Assembly: GCA_030264375.1 (NCBI GenBank)
Contig: JASCQW010000122.1
Coordinates: forward strand, 40,696,702-40,760,701
Direction: 5' to 3'
From: Carcharhinus longimanus
Lineage: Eukaryota
Length of the DNA stretch: 64,000 nt
Each line of letters starts with the position of its first letter. Within the stretch, counting starts at the first letter, position 1. This document shows positions 25,746 to 39,380 of the stretch, piece after piece. The notes below the pieces were generated by a model that saw only the letters and a program-made list of their open reading frames with translations, was not told the origin of the DNA and ran no database searches. The position numbers were made by a program, and so were the translations under genes.

Positions 25746-25793
25746 GTTCAGGTGACTGACACCAATAGACAGCTTCAAGAGGCAGGAAAAGAG
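25746..25793 (+). CDS. EXOC6: EXOC6 coding exon 3 (48 nt)
   Basis: ttttattttag|VQVTDTNRQLQEAGKE|gtgagt. Confidence 0.96.
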
Positions 25794-25875
25794 GTGAGTA
25801 AATTAAGTATGAACATTTTGTTACTATCTGTTTGCCTATTTACTGGTTTTGAGATGTGTATTGTAATTTTTTAAG

Positions 25876-25966
25876 GTGATTAACCAAAGTGAAGAAACGA
25901 TTCGATGCAGGATACAACAGAGGAATATTGTTACTACAGTAGAAAAACTTCAGCTCTGTCTTCCTG
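25876..25966 (+). CDS. EXOC6: EXOC6 coding exon 4 (91 nt)
   Basis: ttttttaag|VINQSEETIRCRIQQRNIVTTVEKLQLCLP-G|gtaagc; follows an 82-nt intron. Confidence 0.96.
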
Positions 25967-28049
25967 GTAAGCAAGTTCAATTGTGTATAAGTTTTATGAA
26001 ATATTTGAACATTTTGAGGAACTTGAGCATTCCCAGTGGAAAGTTATACGTGAAGGGACCACTGGCTAAGATAAGGCTGCAACAATATGGATGATGGTCT
26101 CGTCGTAGACTTTTACAGTAAAGAAGCACAGTTTGTCCAATAGATCAATTTAATTATGCTGCACAGAAGCCTCCTTTGATCATCTTTGATCAAAAATGAT
26201 TATTATGCCCCACCCCCTTACCTCTACACTCTCTCTCAATGTAAGATGGTGAGTTTTTAACCTGAAATGTTACAAAATACAATTATTCATCCTATTGACT
26301 TGTGTTCCAAAATTGAAGTATATCTGAATCAATAATAGGGAATTGATTGGAAGTTGGTGGGGGGTGTGGTAGAGGTGTAGTGGCCCAGATGTTAGACTGG
26401 GTTTTAAATGGTTTTTACACTTGTTGGGTAACAGTCAAAGTAAGCCTCATGGCTCTGTTCCAAGACTGTGACTGTAATTCACAGTCAGACACTTGTGCAC
26501 ACACCACTTAGGCAGTGGCGGAAGCTTCCCAGGCAATACCCATCTCACTCCGCATGTCAGGACTTTGCAGTATCCTACCATGCATTTTGCACCATATGTT
26601 TGGTCTCCAACAAAAGAGGCTGAAAGCAAGGCTTATGTCACTGTGTGACTAATACAGTTACACTAAAGTGTATTTTTGAAATGTTTTTCTTGGGGCTAAG
26701 GCTTGCAGTTAAGTTGAATAGAAAAGTTTGCATTCTACATGGGCCTAACTTGAGAAGGATAAAAGAAGCATTCTATTTATTGAACAGGCAGAGTAAGAAA
26801 TAACAATTTACAGTGGAAGTTGTCTTTCCTTCCTAAATTTGAACTATCTAAAATACTTGATGTTTGATCTGTAGATTAGCCAGTATATACTACTCAGTTC
26901 TAGACTCTGATCAAATTATTCTCCCAAGTGTTTTTTGAAATGGAACAGAGGATACCTATTCCAAAGCACTAATGAGATGCAATCTATGAGCAATTGGCAA
27001 TCATTACACAAAGGAAGAACTTCAGTTCACAACCTCGGGACATCTCAAAATGCTAAGCGTAGGATGAAGTAACTTTTTTTATAATGTAGGAAATTGTAGC
27101 ACAGCAATGTCCCACAAGCAGTAATGTGATAACTAATAAAATCTTTCTTGTTTTGACTTTGGTAGAGATAAGTAAGAGTGGACAAAATTTAAGTGTTTAA
27201 TAATTAGAGAATGAAGCCACTGTTTAAAGCAGAAATCTTTGCAACCATAAAATATTGTCCATTGTTTATTCTTACCAGAATTAACATGCTTGTTAATTCC
27301 TGTTTGACTTGATCAAATATAAATGGCAAAATAATGAGCAGATACAACTGAGGCAGGTCTTACGAATTAACTCAGCTGTCTGTTCGGAATGTAGAAATCA
27401 CACAGTCCTTCAAATTCTGCTCTGATCTACAGTTCATAACAGCCTGAGCCCCATGAGCACAATTTTCACCACAAATCTGTAGAACTTGGTCTGGATGTCA
27501 TAGATTCATTGCTGTTATCTCTAAGTTACAAACAGCTGCAGCGACTTATTCTCTGTTTATTCTGAGCTTCTGGATGTAGCCTCCATGAGTCTTTTGTCTA
27601 TAATGCTCTGGTAAGCTTAACGACTGCTGTTGCCCAGTTTAGACAGGTCTGTTGTTTTTATCTTTTAACAAAATTTTTAGTTTTGATTTCCCAATCTCCC
27701 CTTGCTCTTGATTCCCTTAGAGATGGGGAAACTCCGTTTAATTTGTGTTTACTTTTCCTCCCTCAAAAACATAGAAAATAAAATTTTAAAAATCTAGATT
27801 TCCTCAGTTAGCTGAAGTAAATATTTGCCAAGATCTTGGGAGGCAGACTGCACTGAGATTTTATGCTGACCTTGAGAGACAGGGTCACAGTTTAACGTCT
27901 CATCTGAAAAACCAAAATTTGACACTGCTTCACTACCTCAGTGCTACTCTAGAATGTTAGCCTAGTTTTTGTCCTCCAGTCTCCTGGAGTAGAAATCAAG
28001 CTCTCAATTCAAAGGGTGCGCTTTGCCAACTGAACTACAACAGATCTTG

Positions 28050-29640
28050 TTGACGAAGCAGTTGTAGAACACATACTATTTGACTGGAAACAGGTCAACA
28101 TGATATCTATTTTCAAAGGGGGAATAACACATCCATTGGCATGTATAGATCTATTTGTCTTTCTTCATTTCATGTAAAATAATGAGTAGCAGGAGTAACC
28201 ATGAGGATTATCTATACATTAAGATCTTGGTGAGTAGTTGTCAGCATGGAGTTGCAAAGGGAAGATCCTACCTGATCAGTCTCCTTGGACTTGGACCCAG
28301 ATATACTGTGTAAAGCCCTGTAATGAAATCCATCTTTCTTTAAGGGTGAAGGATGAGGGCAAAAGTCAAGAACCCCAAGTCCCAACAGACTGGATCTGTC
28401 TGCACATGCAGACCAGGCAAAGGTGCATATGTGCAATTTAGCAGCCTTAAGTTCTTTGGGCTGAAGGCAGGTCCTGTGGGCCTGCACAAAGATTGCAAAA
28501 TGATGCATAAACCTGAAGCAGGTGATGGGGAATGACCTTGCCAGTGTAAACAAGCGTCCCTGGCAGAGCCAGAGGGAGGAGTCCTGGAGAGGTCCAAGGA
28601 CAGAAAAATGTCTGCCACACTTAAGTGAAGAGGCCTCCAGAAAAGCAATAAAGATCCAAGAAGACAGAAGGTTGGTGACGTTTTGAGCAAAGGTAGTCAT
28701 TTGGAGCTGTTTTTGCCCAGTATGGCTGAAAGTTGTGCTTGAGTCCAAGTTCAGGAATGCAGCAGAACAGAATATCAGATGAGGTTGAAGCACCGAGGCC
28801 AGTAGTTGTTGCCACGTGAATTGGAGCAACCTTGAGAATACACAGGTTAGATCTTCAAAAGTGAAGACTAGAATTTGTCATGGGGCAGAGTGAGACAGTC
28901 CACTCAGCATAGTGTTACTCATGTCTGGGTAGACTGTGGAGAAATCATGTGTCTCTGTCTTGGTCACATCTGCCTTTTACTGTGTAGTGTATTTGGCCAT
29001 AGTTTGCTTGTTAATTCACACATACCTCATATTAATCCTGAATGTTAGACTATAGCTATCTTTTTGACCCTGTTTAGTAAAGCTTATTTTTGGTCAAAAC
29101 TGTGAAATATTGTGACTTTACCAAATCTTACCAACAATTTGGGAGTATGGTCAATGATGTTTAGCCTTTCAAAAAAAGACAGTTTGATTATACAAAAAAG
29201 ATTATGGATAAATTCCATGTTGGGGATTCAGTTTGAATATTTATTGGATAATTTCTTAGCCTAGAAGGTTAGAAAACAGTGGGACTAGATTTGAGCAGTT
29301 ATTTTGGAGTGGCAAGTGCAGGGTTTGGCACCTCAGCGATAGCTGTTGAAACTGGTACAGCTTCTAGTTTCATCAACGGCCTGGATTGTTTTTTGTCAAA
29401 ACTCAGCATGTGTATTTCAGTTTTGTGGATGATACTAACCTGGGAAAAGCAGTTGATTCAGAGGTTTCAAAAACTAAATAGGGTGGATAGAACAATGGCA
29501 TGTGAAATTAAGTAAAAAAAAGAGACACATGTAGATCTGAGTGTTATCGGCATACATGTGGAAACTGACTGCTATGTTTCAGGTGATGCCACCAGGGGAC
29601 ATGTAAATGAGAAGGAGAGATGTCTGGGAACCACATAGCT
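28050..29640 (+). mobile_element. Old CR1 RT fragments (about 28050-28230 and 29200-29640) split by an unclassified insert of about 950 bp
   Basis: GACTGGAAACAGGTCAACATGATATCTATTTTCAAAGGG (DWKQVNMISIFKG) on the left; TGGATAATTTCTTAGCC...GTTTCATCAACGGCCTGGA on the right. Confidence 0.5.
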
Positions 29641-30769
29641 AGGGTGTGGGGAAACAAAGCCACTGCAGGTGATTCTCTAGTTTGATATTAGTACAAGGAT
29701 AAAAATAGATGTCAAAGTTCTTCAGTTTGTGACTTGTGCATAGAATGCTAGAGTCAAAAATATGAAAATCATTTGCCAAGCTAGTAGATGTTGCATCATG
29801 GGGATGTAGTTTATTTACTGAAAAAAAAACCAAATGACCAACCACATCCTTTCACAATATTCATCTGTCAAAGTTTGTAGATTAAGGTGAAAAAGCAAAA
29901 CTTTAGAAATATTTTATTTTTAAACTTCTAAATTTCAACATAAATTGTTTTTTATAAGCAGATTATGAAATTTACATTGACCCTTCTGATGTTACCTCTT
30001 TCTTTCAGTTCTTTGCCACAATAGGGCATTGCATGAAGTAGGACAGAGACTGAAAGCTGCAATCTACTTTTATGGCCGTCATCAGAGTTTCAGATAGACA
30101 TTGAGACTTATAAAAAAGAAGAAAAATCAACTTTGATCAATTGCATTACAAAAACTGGAAAAATTGATATAAAAACTAAATGCTGGAAATCTGAACTAAC
30201 ATGCTGAGCATGTATAACAGCTCAATCAGCATTCCTATCAAAGTAGACATGATTTGGGTGTGATTCAACATCATCCTATCTTGATCTATATGGACGTGTT
30301 GATTGGGGAAAATAGTACTTTAAAGATGAATAAGAAAGTCATTAGAGTAGTCCGCTTTTCCTATTCCATCAAGCCGATGTGAAGTATTTGAGTCTCATTT
30401 CAGTTTTTGTTACTGGGATTCAGCACTCTTCCACTGCTGGGTGTGCTTATCCCAGCCTTCAAAACAAGTAAAAGGATCCTATTATGTTATCTGGAGCCAT
30501 GCAGTTTGACAACATAGGAGATTATTTGCTTTGTTTTGCTTGTGCCATCTCTTTGCTCCAGAACTAATGTCAATTCCCAGCTTTATCACAAGAGCCCTGT
30601 ATTAAATATTCATTCACGTTTTCCTGTTTTTGTTTCAAGTACTTCCTGTGGCAAAGCATTCGTGCATCAACAGAATATCTGTAAAGAAATTTTGCTTCTA
30701 ATCTTCCTTCATGCTATTTTAGTGATTATGTGAAATGAATGGTTTTGGTATTGATTTCTAAATCGGGGT

Positions 30770-30990
30770 GAGGGGGAATGGTATTGCTCTTCATTTCAGT
30801 CACGACCCTTCATAATTGTTAAAGACTCCATTACATCTCCCTTTTTAAACTGTCTCTTCCAGTAAAAATAGTCTTTCCTTATCCAGGTGAATCTGCTCCA
30901 TGCTTTCAACATCCTCCCTGGTCCTGCACACAGTATTTTTAACTGTGGCCTAACCATTAACTTGTGCAAAATTACCATTTATCTATTTGA
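30770..30990 (-). mobile_element. Old CR1 fragment
   Basis: ORF 30796-30978(-) LHKLMVRPQL...GDVMESLTIMKG. Confidence 0.65.
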
Positions 30991-32825
30991 TCTTCTATGT
31001 TGTGACTAAATTAAGAAAACACAAGTTAGTCCCATTTTTGAAGACATTAAAAAGCAATGATGAAACGTTAAAACTGTTTAATGGTGCTGAGTTGGTTACA
31101 GCTCTCTAATTGATAGCTGAAGTCGGGCATTCTCAACTTGTTACATGTCCTTTTCCTAATTTGAAGCCTGAAAAGACACTAGAGTGGAATGTTGTAGTAA
31201 TATCAATACATTTCATTTAAAGCTGTGCTTAAACCAGTATGTTAATAAGTCCTTCCTATCAATTCTCTTACTGGATTTAGATTTGTATTTTTAATGTTGT
31301 CAATAATTAGCCTTTTAAATATTTCTTGATGCAAAAAGTTGCTGAAATATTTTGAATATAGTTTCATTTGAGACATTTTTGCTTGGAATTGGAAGGGACA
31401 CCACAACTTAAATATACTGACATCTGTTTTTCTCTTCCTGGTTCCGGCCAATTATAGTCAAGAACCAGGTGTGAAGATCAAAGGTCAGCATTGTAAATAC
31501 ACAAACATGTTACACTTTTTTTGACTGCTCTTTTTTTAAAAAGTATTACATTCAAAATTCAAGTACAAACTAATACTTTAAATGCTGATACAGATTTTTG
31601 GAAATTGAATTTTTTTCTATCCATGTTCTATTTATAGGTCTTGTTATGTAACATCACTCTTGTCTTTCATTTTTTTCCCTTTTTTGTTTAGGACATTTCA
31701 CAATGCTTTCCCCTTGCACTTTCTACCTCCTCCCTCCAATGCTAGGAGGATGTAACTTAGGTTGTTGTCAGATTTTTATTTCCTGTCTTAAGTTTGTCCT
31801 AATATCTGCTAATGTATAGTTTTAAATCCTTTCCTCGTGTCAGGAATTATGCATTGAGTTTTGAATTCATTGAAAGTATTTTCATAGTTTTATATCATCA
31901 TCTTTATCCCATTTTCTGAACATTTTACTCTAATTCCATGCATCGTGCCTAATGAGATTGAGGTTTGCACTTGTCTCATGATAACTACTGAAATTATACC
32001 TTCCATCTTTTTATTGCTTCCATTGGGAGTTCAGCTATTGTAGATGAGCATCTTTGTATCTTAAATTAAGGTGTTCACCTGTCTGCACTAATTCTTGCCA
32101 AAACATCTTGAAATCCATTCAAGAGGTTTGAAAATCTGTTGTGTTTCTGTTCTTTTTCTTGCACAGTATGACTCATGAGTAAGAAGTTCATTCAGTGTAT
32201 GGTAGTAACAGTATCCAAGTGACTCTGGTGTCACAATTTATAAGTCCCTCAGTTTTTGCCTGGCAGTACTGTCTTTAGCATGATGATGAATGGTTCAATA
32301 CTTTTTGGTGCTTTAAGATTGCCTGAAGATGCTTGTCCCTGAACTCTTACGTAAGACCTTTTGTAGTGTTTTACTTGCAAAATATTCAGTGACCCAATGA
32401 ATTAGCAAGAATACTGAATAAACCTGCTGCTGCCTTGATTTTTTTTTTCCCTATTCCTGGGTTTGAAGTTCAATCTCTACGTACTAAAGTTCCTCCAAGG
32501 CCTGCTTATTTCCCAATCTGACTTGGTGTGTTGTTCTAATGCTTGGTGCTGCCTCCTTGGGACAAAGGCATTGACATTCTTGTACAGCACAATAGTGAAA
32601 AATTGTGGCTCTTGCCATGTAGTTTCTTTTAAAAGGTCAGTACTCCAAGTGATTTATGACTGTATTTTCTTAAATCGAGCTTGGATTTCAAATAGTGAAG
32701 AAAAACCATACCAACTGTTCTAACGTATTTCATTTGTAGTTTATTGACCAAAAAGCTTTTTGAGCAGAATAATTGTTTTATTTTGAGAATGATATTAATT
32801 TGTATTTTTCTTTTTTTGTTTTTAG

Positions 32826-32871
32826 TACTAGAAATGTACAGCAAAGTGAGAGAACAGATGAAGGCCAAAAG
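32826..32871 (+). CDS. EXOC6: EXOC6 coding exon 5 (46 nt)
   Basis: Long T tract, tttag|(V)LEMYSKVREQMKAK(R)|gtagtt. Confidence 0.95.
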
Positions 32872-33119
32872 GTAGTTTGTGGTTCTGTGCATCGAACTAA
32901 TATTCCATTGCCACTTTTCTTAACTGTGTAGTGATGGATCTTGGCATATCTTCTACTGAGGTCTTTTGTATTATTTTTATGTTTTGAAAGCAGTATTCAA
33001 TTCAGAATTATTAATTGTAGTGCAAAGGTAGCACATAACTCTATCAAGTTAACCACTTGTGAAATTCCAGATTACATGATGCAGCATTTTTGTATTGACT
33101 AATTCCCCTACATGCCAAT

Positions 33120-33432
33120 AGAAGTAGTGGTATTGTCACTAGACTCGTAATCCAGGGACCCAGGTTCAAATTCCACTGTGAAAGGGAGTTCAGTTAAAGT
33201 CTGGAATTAAAAGTCTAATAACTATGACACTAATTCTAAAAACACATCTGGTTCACTAATGTCCGCTAGAGAAGGAAATCTGCCGTCCTTACCATGTATG
33301 CCTACGTGACTCCAGGTCCATAGCAATGTGGTTGACTCTCAGATGATCTCTGAAAAGGAAGACATTTGGGTTGGGCAGTAAATGCTGCCCCAGTCAATGA
33401 CACCCACATCCTGTAAAATGAATTTTTAAAAA
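33120..33432 (+). mobile_element. tRNA-derived SINE sharing head and tail with the 15990-18063 LINE family
   Basis: GTAGTGGTATTGTCACTAGAC, B-box GGTTCAAATTCC (33163-33174), core CATCTGGTTCACTAATGTCC...GCAATGTGGTTGACTCT, tail GGGCAGTAAATGCTG...CCCACATCC. Confidence 0.85.
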
Positions 33433-33962
33433 TGCTGTGCCTTTATGCCTGGATGATAAATTTGCCACGTGACAAATTTAAGATGCTATCATTTTTTAAA
33501 TGTGTAAGGCTACTGCGTCAATGACCAATGTGGCACCTGATTTAAGTTAAAGTATATTTATACACTGGTAGTGAAGAACAGTAATAAATGGAGACAAACT
33601 GTGACCGTGCTATAGAAGCTGAACCATTTTAATGTGATGTAATTCAAAGATGTTTTTGTGCCAAATTGATGCAATGAACCGCAGACTGGTGAAGACACGC
33701 ATGATGTCTTATTGAATCAAAAGTTTCATGGAATTACTGTAAATAGATTAATATCAAACCAGCAAAGAAGATTATTGGCTTGAATGCATGACTGTCAAAT
33801 GCTACCATCTATTCCGTGAAATTCCTGAGTCTGGTAAGTACGCTATAATGCTTTGTAAATTTCCTCCTTGTATAGATAACCTAGTTGAAAAAATTCATCC
33901 ACAATATATATCATCTTTGTGTAAAGAAATTTGCTAAGCAATCTTCCTGTTGGAATTGCTTA

Positions 33963-34205
33963 TAAGAACATAACATAAGAACATAAGAAATAGGAGCAGG
34001 AGTAGGCCATCTGGCCCTTCGAGCCTGCCCCGCCATTCNNNNNNNNNNNNNNNNNNNNNNNNNNNNNNNNNNNNNNNNNNNNNNNNNNNNNNNNNNNNNN
34101 NNNNNNNNNNNNNNNNNNNNNNNNNNNNNNNNNNNNNNTCATGCACAAGGACCCCAAGGTCCCTCTGCACCGTCGCCTGCTGCAGTTTTTCGCCACGTAA
34201 GTAAT
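33963..34205 (-). mobile_element. Young CR1 LINE 3' end spanning an assembly gap
   Basis: AAGAACATAAGAAATAGGAGCAGGAGTAGGCC tail; YYLRGEKLQQATVQRDLGVLVH on minus. Confidence 0.88.
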
Positions 34206-37200
34206 AGTCCTTAAGGACATTGTTCATCAGTTCAAAATTATAAATTATTTGCAAACTCAGAATTAAACTTTTTTCTAGAAAATCATTAATAGAAATTTAT
34301 CTTGTCTTTACAGATGAAGCACCTCGATCTATTTGAGACTGTTGGGACCTTGGAAGGATTGCTTGTTGAATAGGAATGAAATGCAGAAAAGCTGTGGCAC
34401 TTGATGGGGGTGGGAAATGCAGGCAACGGGTGGTGTTAAGTAGCTGGATTCCCTGCAAACCTCTCCTGCCTGGTCTGGAAGCTGTACAACAGCAGACGGG
34501 GGGGTGGGGGGGGGGGAATTTTCTGTTGTAAGAGTCAGATACTTGCCATCAAAAAAAAATGTAGAGCTGATTCTTTAGTGCCATGAAGAATATCCATGCT
34601 GTGTAATGTCCAGATACCTTTTTTCAAGATTGAAAAGCATAATTTTATACAATAAAATTACGACAGTTTGCCGTCTGGTCTGTCATTACCATGTTTCTCT
34701 GAAACCAGCAACCTTGCGTCCTGAGATATTGCCTCTGAGCTTCCTTGAGTTCTGACTCCAGAAATCATATGGTTCCCATTTTCAGCCCCATGCCAACCCA
34801 AATCCAGAGATACAAAATGGAGGATTAATACAATGCCAGATGTGCTGACTGAAGGGACTGCAGTGGTTCAAGAAGGTGGCTTATCATTGCAAGATGATGG
34901 GCAACAGTGGTGATTCACAGGATGTGGGCAAAGGCAGAGGGGAACCTGTTGATCTGTAAGCAGAACAAAATTAGTTTTGTAGTGCAGCTCACAACATAGA
35001 AAATGAATTTAGTCTCCCTTGTTTCTAATCAACAGTAACCAGAATTAGCTTTCCTTTTATTTCCTTGAATTTTCCATCCTTTACACTTATTGAAGTGGAC
35101 GTCTTAAAATTGGATGTAAAATTGAAATTTTTGAATAAAATATTTCCAAACTTACATTGGTTTCTAGTGTTTCTCCCTTTTTAGTGCTGCTTCTTTTGTC
35201 TCTGTTCCTTTGTAACATTCCCAAAACTGCATCCAGAAAGCAAGCCATCTGGGGAACTTTTAACCTGTGGTTCTGCTCATCTGGAAAATGTCTCAACTTG
35301 TCCAGCTACAGAAATAAATTGGTTCCCAATACCAGTGTTGTATTTACAGTACAATAATGCTTTTACTTAATGTGCTAAAAAAATGATTTTCTACCCTGGC
35401 TAAATCTAATTTCATTCTGCTGCTGATAGAATATTCTGTATTTTTTGTTTTAATTGGCACGAACACTGATTTAAGTGAGTTTAATAAATTTGGCATGGAC
35501 TTGAGTAGTAATTAGGTTATTGCCCCATAAAATTTCTGCCACCATAGAAGGAAAAGCTAGAAATAGTTTGCAACATAAAAGCAAAAACTTGAATGTCATT
35601 GGAGCTACAAGATGATTGTTAATTTTCAGTGATCCATCATTGCACACTGTGTAAACTAATTTCAAAATTAAACAGGTGTCCTTTTTGCAATGTTTGCACT
35701 AATTATATTGCAATCATTTGTTACATTAATGCAAGCTACACACAATTTGTGTCACAGCTGTGCTTTGTTAATAGTTTAAACTATGATTTAATGAGACCAC
35801 AACTTGGTATTTTAGGTTTCAATTGTGTAATAATTTTCTGGGATGATCATCTTTAATTATCCTAAATGTAAATAACATTAGTATAAACATATTTTGATTT
35901 CTCCATACTCTGTTAGATTGCAAGTCTGCACTGAATGCAGAGCAGCCATGAAGACGTGTTAAAGGAAGGACTGTTCAACATCAGACTTTTAGCCCTAAAG
36001 CAACACAATAATGTAAACATTAATTTTGCTTTCCAGATTTTGATTCTCTCTCAAGTGGAGATGCAAGTATTTTATGTTTCCACAATTGTAGATCAGAATT
36101 AGGACCCCAAAATTTCCAGCTGTAATGCTGGGCATTACAGAAAGTGGGCCTACCTGTGTACTGAATTAGTCAGTCAGAACTGGAGGGGTGATACCGTACT
36201 CTGGGATTCTTGCCTGCCTTGTCTTTGGTCTTATTGTGGAAGTGAGCCTTAATGCTTCCTGGTCTATTTGAAGTATTTGCTTTAAAATTCAAATCTGAGT
36301 CCTGACTGCCATCAACCTAGTTAAGATCCTGTACCATCACCATCTCAGCATAAAATGGGATGGTGGCAGTCTGAAAATCCTGACCCTGTAATAGAGCAGA
36401 AACCCTGAGGACACTTTTTCTATGGAGTTGTCCTTTTGGATCAGCAGTTGAAGTTAAAGACTGATNNNNNNNNNNACTCTAGGTAAATTGTTGAATGATT
36501 GCACATCAGGAAGGACAACTGGGTTTGCTGATACAGCTTGGGAAATAAAACTGGAGAAAATATGGGAATGGGCAAAACAATGCTGAACTTTGGCTGACTG
36601 AATTTGCTGTCTCCCCATGATCATCAAGCTATCTCTGGAGTTGCAGCTTGCTGGTAATCAGATGAGGTTGGTGGGTTGGTTAATTTGCCATGTTCTCACC
36701 ACTGACCTCATTGGGTACATGTGGTATTTGCAGTACTGGAACTGCACCCCGAGTTCGTGTAATTCAGTTTCTAAGTCTGTGAATAGTGTTGAAGGTAATA
36801 CAGCTGCATTCAATATGCTCTGGGCTCAATATATCCAAAAATTGCAAAGCAGCAATAAATAAAAGACAATGAACCATTGACTGGCATTGCCAAAATACAA
36901 GTCAGAAAACTAGTGATCAATTTTTATGGTGACTGGTTAGACTGTCCCTTTTCTAATAATAGAGTTACTGAAACAAGTGCAACATTCAAGCACTGAAGTC
37001 ATTGCCGTTACAAAGCTGAGCTCGAGTCTGAGATGCATAAAAATTGGAATTTGGTCTCTTCAGACTTGAGGCCTCTGTGATGGATCTTAAATGTTAGTAA
37101 ATATGGAAAAGGAAAATCATCTGAACTTAGATGTTGAGGGCAATGAGAGGTACAGTTTTTTAAAAACATAGGGAAAATTTAGGACTGGTAGCAGGAAGTT

Positions 37201-38034
37201 ATTGGCCTGAACACTGAAGGCACGGTTGGAGGATCTTTACTTTTGGGATTGATGGGCTAATGTGGCTTTACTGATTGCAATCTCACTTTATTTCATATTG
37301 CTCACAATCAATGTGTCAAATTCTGAGTAGTTGTGCACACAATCAGTGTGCTAAGATGTTCCTTATGATCAACAATGCTGGCTGCAGAGAACTGGCATTT
37401 ACCACTTTGAAGATGCCTGTAACCTGATTGTTATTAAAGCCTGCATGCCAGCTGTCCTTGAACAATTTCATACACTCTATTCTCTAGAATCAGTTATGTT
37501 AAAACCCTAAAAAGTCTGTTATTACAGATGTTTGCTTTGCAAAAGAAAGCAGCCTTCTCCTTAATTTCATCATTGAACAGTGCCAAACTCCATCAAACTG
37601 TTGGGCATATTTATCCAGTTGGATCTAAAATAACATGTACACACCAGAGATATTAAGTGAGCGGACAGCCTTCTGTATATGCTTCAGAAACTGAAGTACC
37701 TCTCCCCAAGCAATGATCTTAACCATTTTTACATGTCATTTGCCTTGTATTAAATATCGCACACTTGTGTGATTGAAAGGAAACATGAAGGAGCAGTGTA
37801 AAGCCATTGAATGAATGTGTTCTGGAACAGGCTTGCTAAGTCTTTCTTTGCCTTCGTTGCTGTAGTTACTCAGATGCCTTAAGACAACTGATGGAGACAC
37901 TGTAGAACAGGCATGGTCAACTCTCCCACCTTTTGTGAGATCACTGTTAATCTCCAAATTTCACACTTATTACCTGCAGGCAGATATCTTGGCTCCAAAT
38001 ATGGTGTTCAAAACAACTAACTGAATTAAAACTA

Positions 38035-39380
38035 GTGCCTTGTAGATGGTGGACAGATCTTGAGGATTCAGGAGGTGAGTTACTCACCACAGCATTCCCA
38101 GTCTCTGGTCTGTTCTTGTCACCAAAGTATTTATGACTGATTCAGTTCAGTTTCTGGTCAGTGGAACACCTAGATGTTAGTGGGGGTTTCAGCAATGGTA
38201 GCGATAGTGAATGTCTGTTGGAGGGGCGGTGGTTAGATTCTGTCATGTTGGAGATTGTCATTGCATTGCACTTGTGCAGTGTTAATTATTTACCATTTAA
38301 GCCCAATTCTGAACATTTGTCCAAGTCTTGTAACTGAATATGGCATATTTCAGTATCTGAGGAATCATTTATCCTTTCATGGGATGTGGGTGTTGCTGGC
38401 AAGGCCCATTTGTTGCCTGTCCCTAATTGCCCTTAAACTGAGTGGCTTACTAGGCTATTTCAGAGGGTAGTTAAGAGTCGACCACATTTGTTGTGGATCT
38501 GGAGTTGCATGTAAACCAGATTAGGTAAAGACAACAGATTTCCTCCCTGAAAAGACATTACGAAACAGTCTTATACAAGTGATTTCATGGTCACCATTAC
38601 TGAGACTAGCTTTCAATTCAAAATTTATTAATTGAATTTAAATTCCATCAGCTGCTGGTGGGATTTGAATAGTGTCCCCAGAACATCAGACATTACTAGT
38701 CCAATGACGACAACACTGTGCAGCGCTCAGTACTGTTCACAATTAAGGGGAGACGGTGGCAATCATCAGTGATCATCCCCACATCTGACCAGGTGGAGGA
38801 AAGACCACTGAGTCTCCTGAAGGTGTTGGACCTTGAATGTCACCCTGAGGAATTCCTGTAGTGATGTTCTAGGGTTCAGATGAGTAGCCTCAACCAATTC
38901 TGGCTTTCTTCATTTGTACTGAACATGACTCCAACCAGTCAGAAATTTTCCCCCAGATTCCCTCTACCTAAATTTTGCTGGAACTCCTTGCTTCCTTACT
39001 TGGCCAAATGTTACCATAGACAGTCATACTTGCCTGAAGTTCAGCTTTCTTCAACATGAACAAAGCCTTTAATGAGGTCAGGAACTAAGTGGCCCTGGAG
39101 ACACCCAAACTGAGCATCAGTGAGCAGGTTGTTGCAATGTAAAATACTGCTTGACAGTGCTGGCAGTGACGCCTTCCATAACTTTGCTGCTAATTTGAGT
39201 GGACTGATGGGGCAAAAATTGGCAATCGGATTTGTCCTTTCGTTTTGGACTGGGCTTACCTGACCAACTTTCCATGTTGTCTGTAGATGCTAGCATTGTA
39301 ACTGTACTAAAACAGCTTGGCTAGGGCATGGCTGGTTTTGAAGCTCATTGCGCTACTGCGATGTGGTCAGGTTCCATAAC
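38035..39380 (-). mobile_element. CR1/L2-group LINE RT fragment with a nested tRNA-SINE (about 38365-38720)
   Basis: CCCTGAGGAATTCCTG (GIPQG on minus) and ACCCAAACTGAGCATCAG (DAQFG); the SINE is the reverse complement of 33120-33432. Confidence 0.78.
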
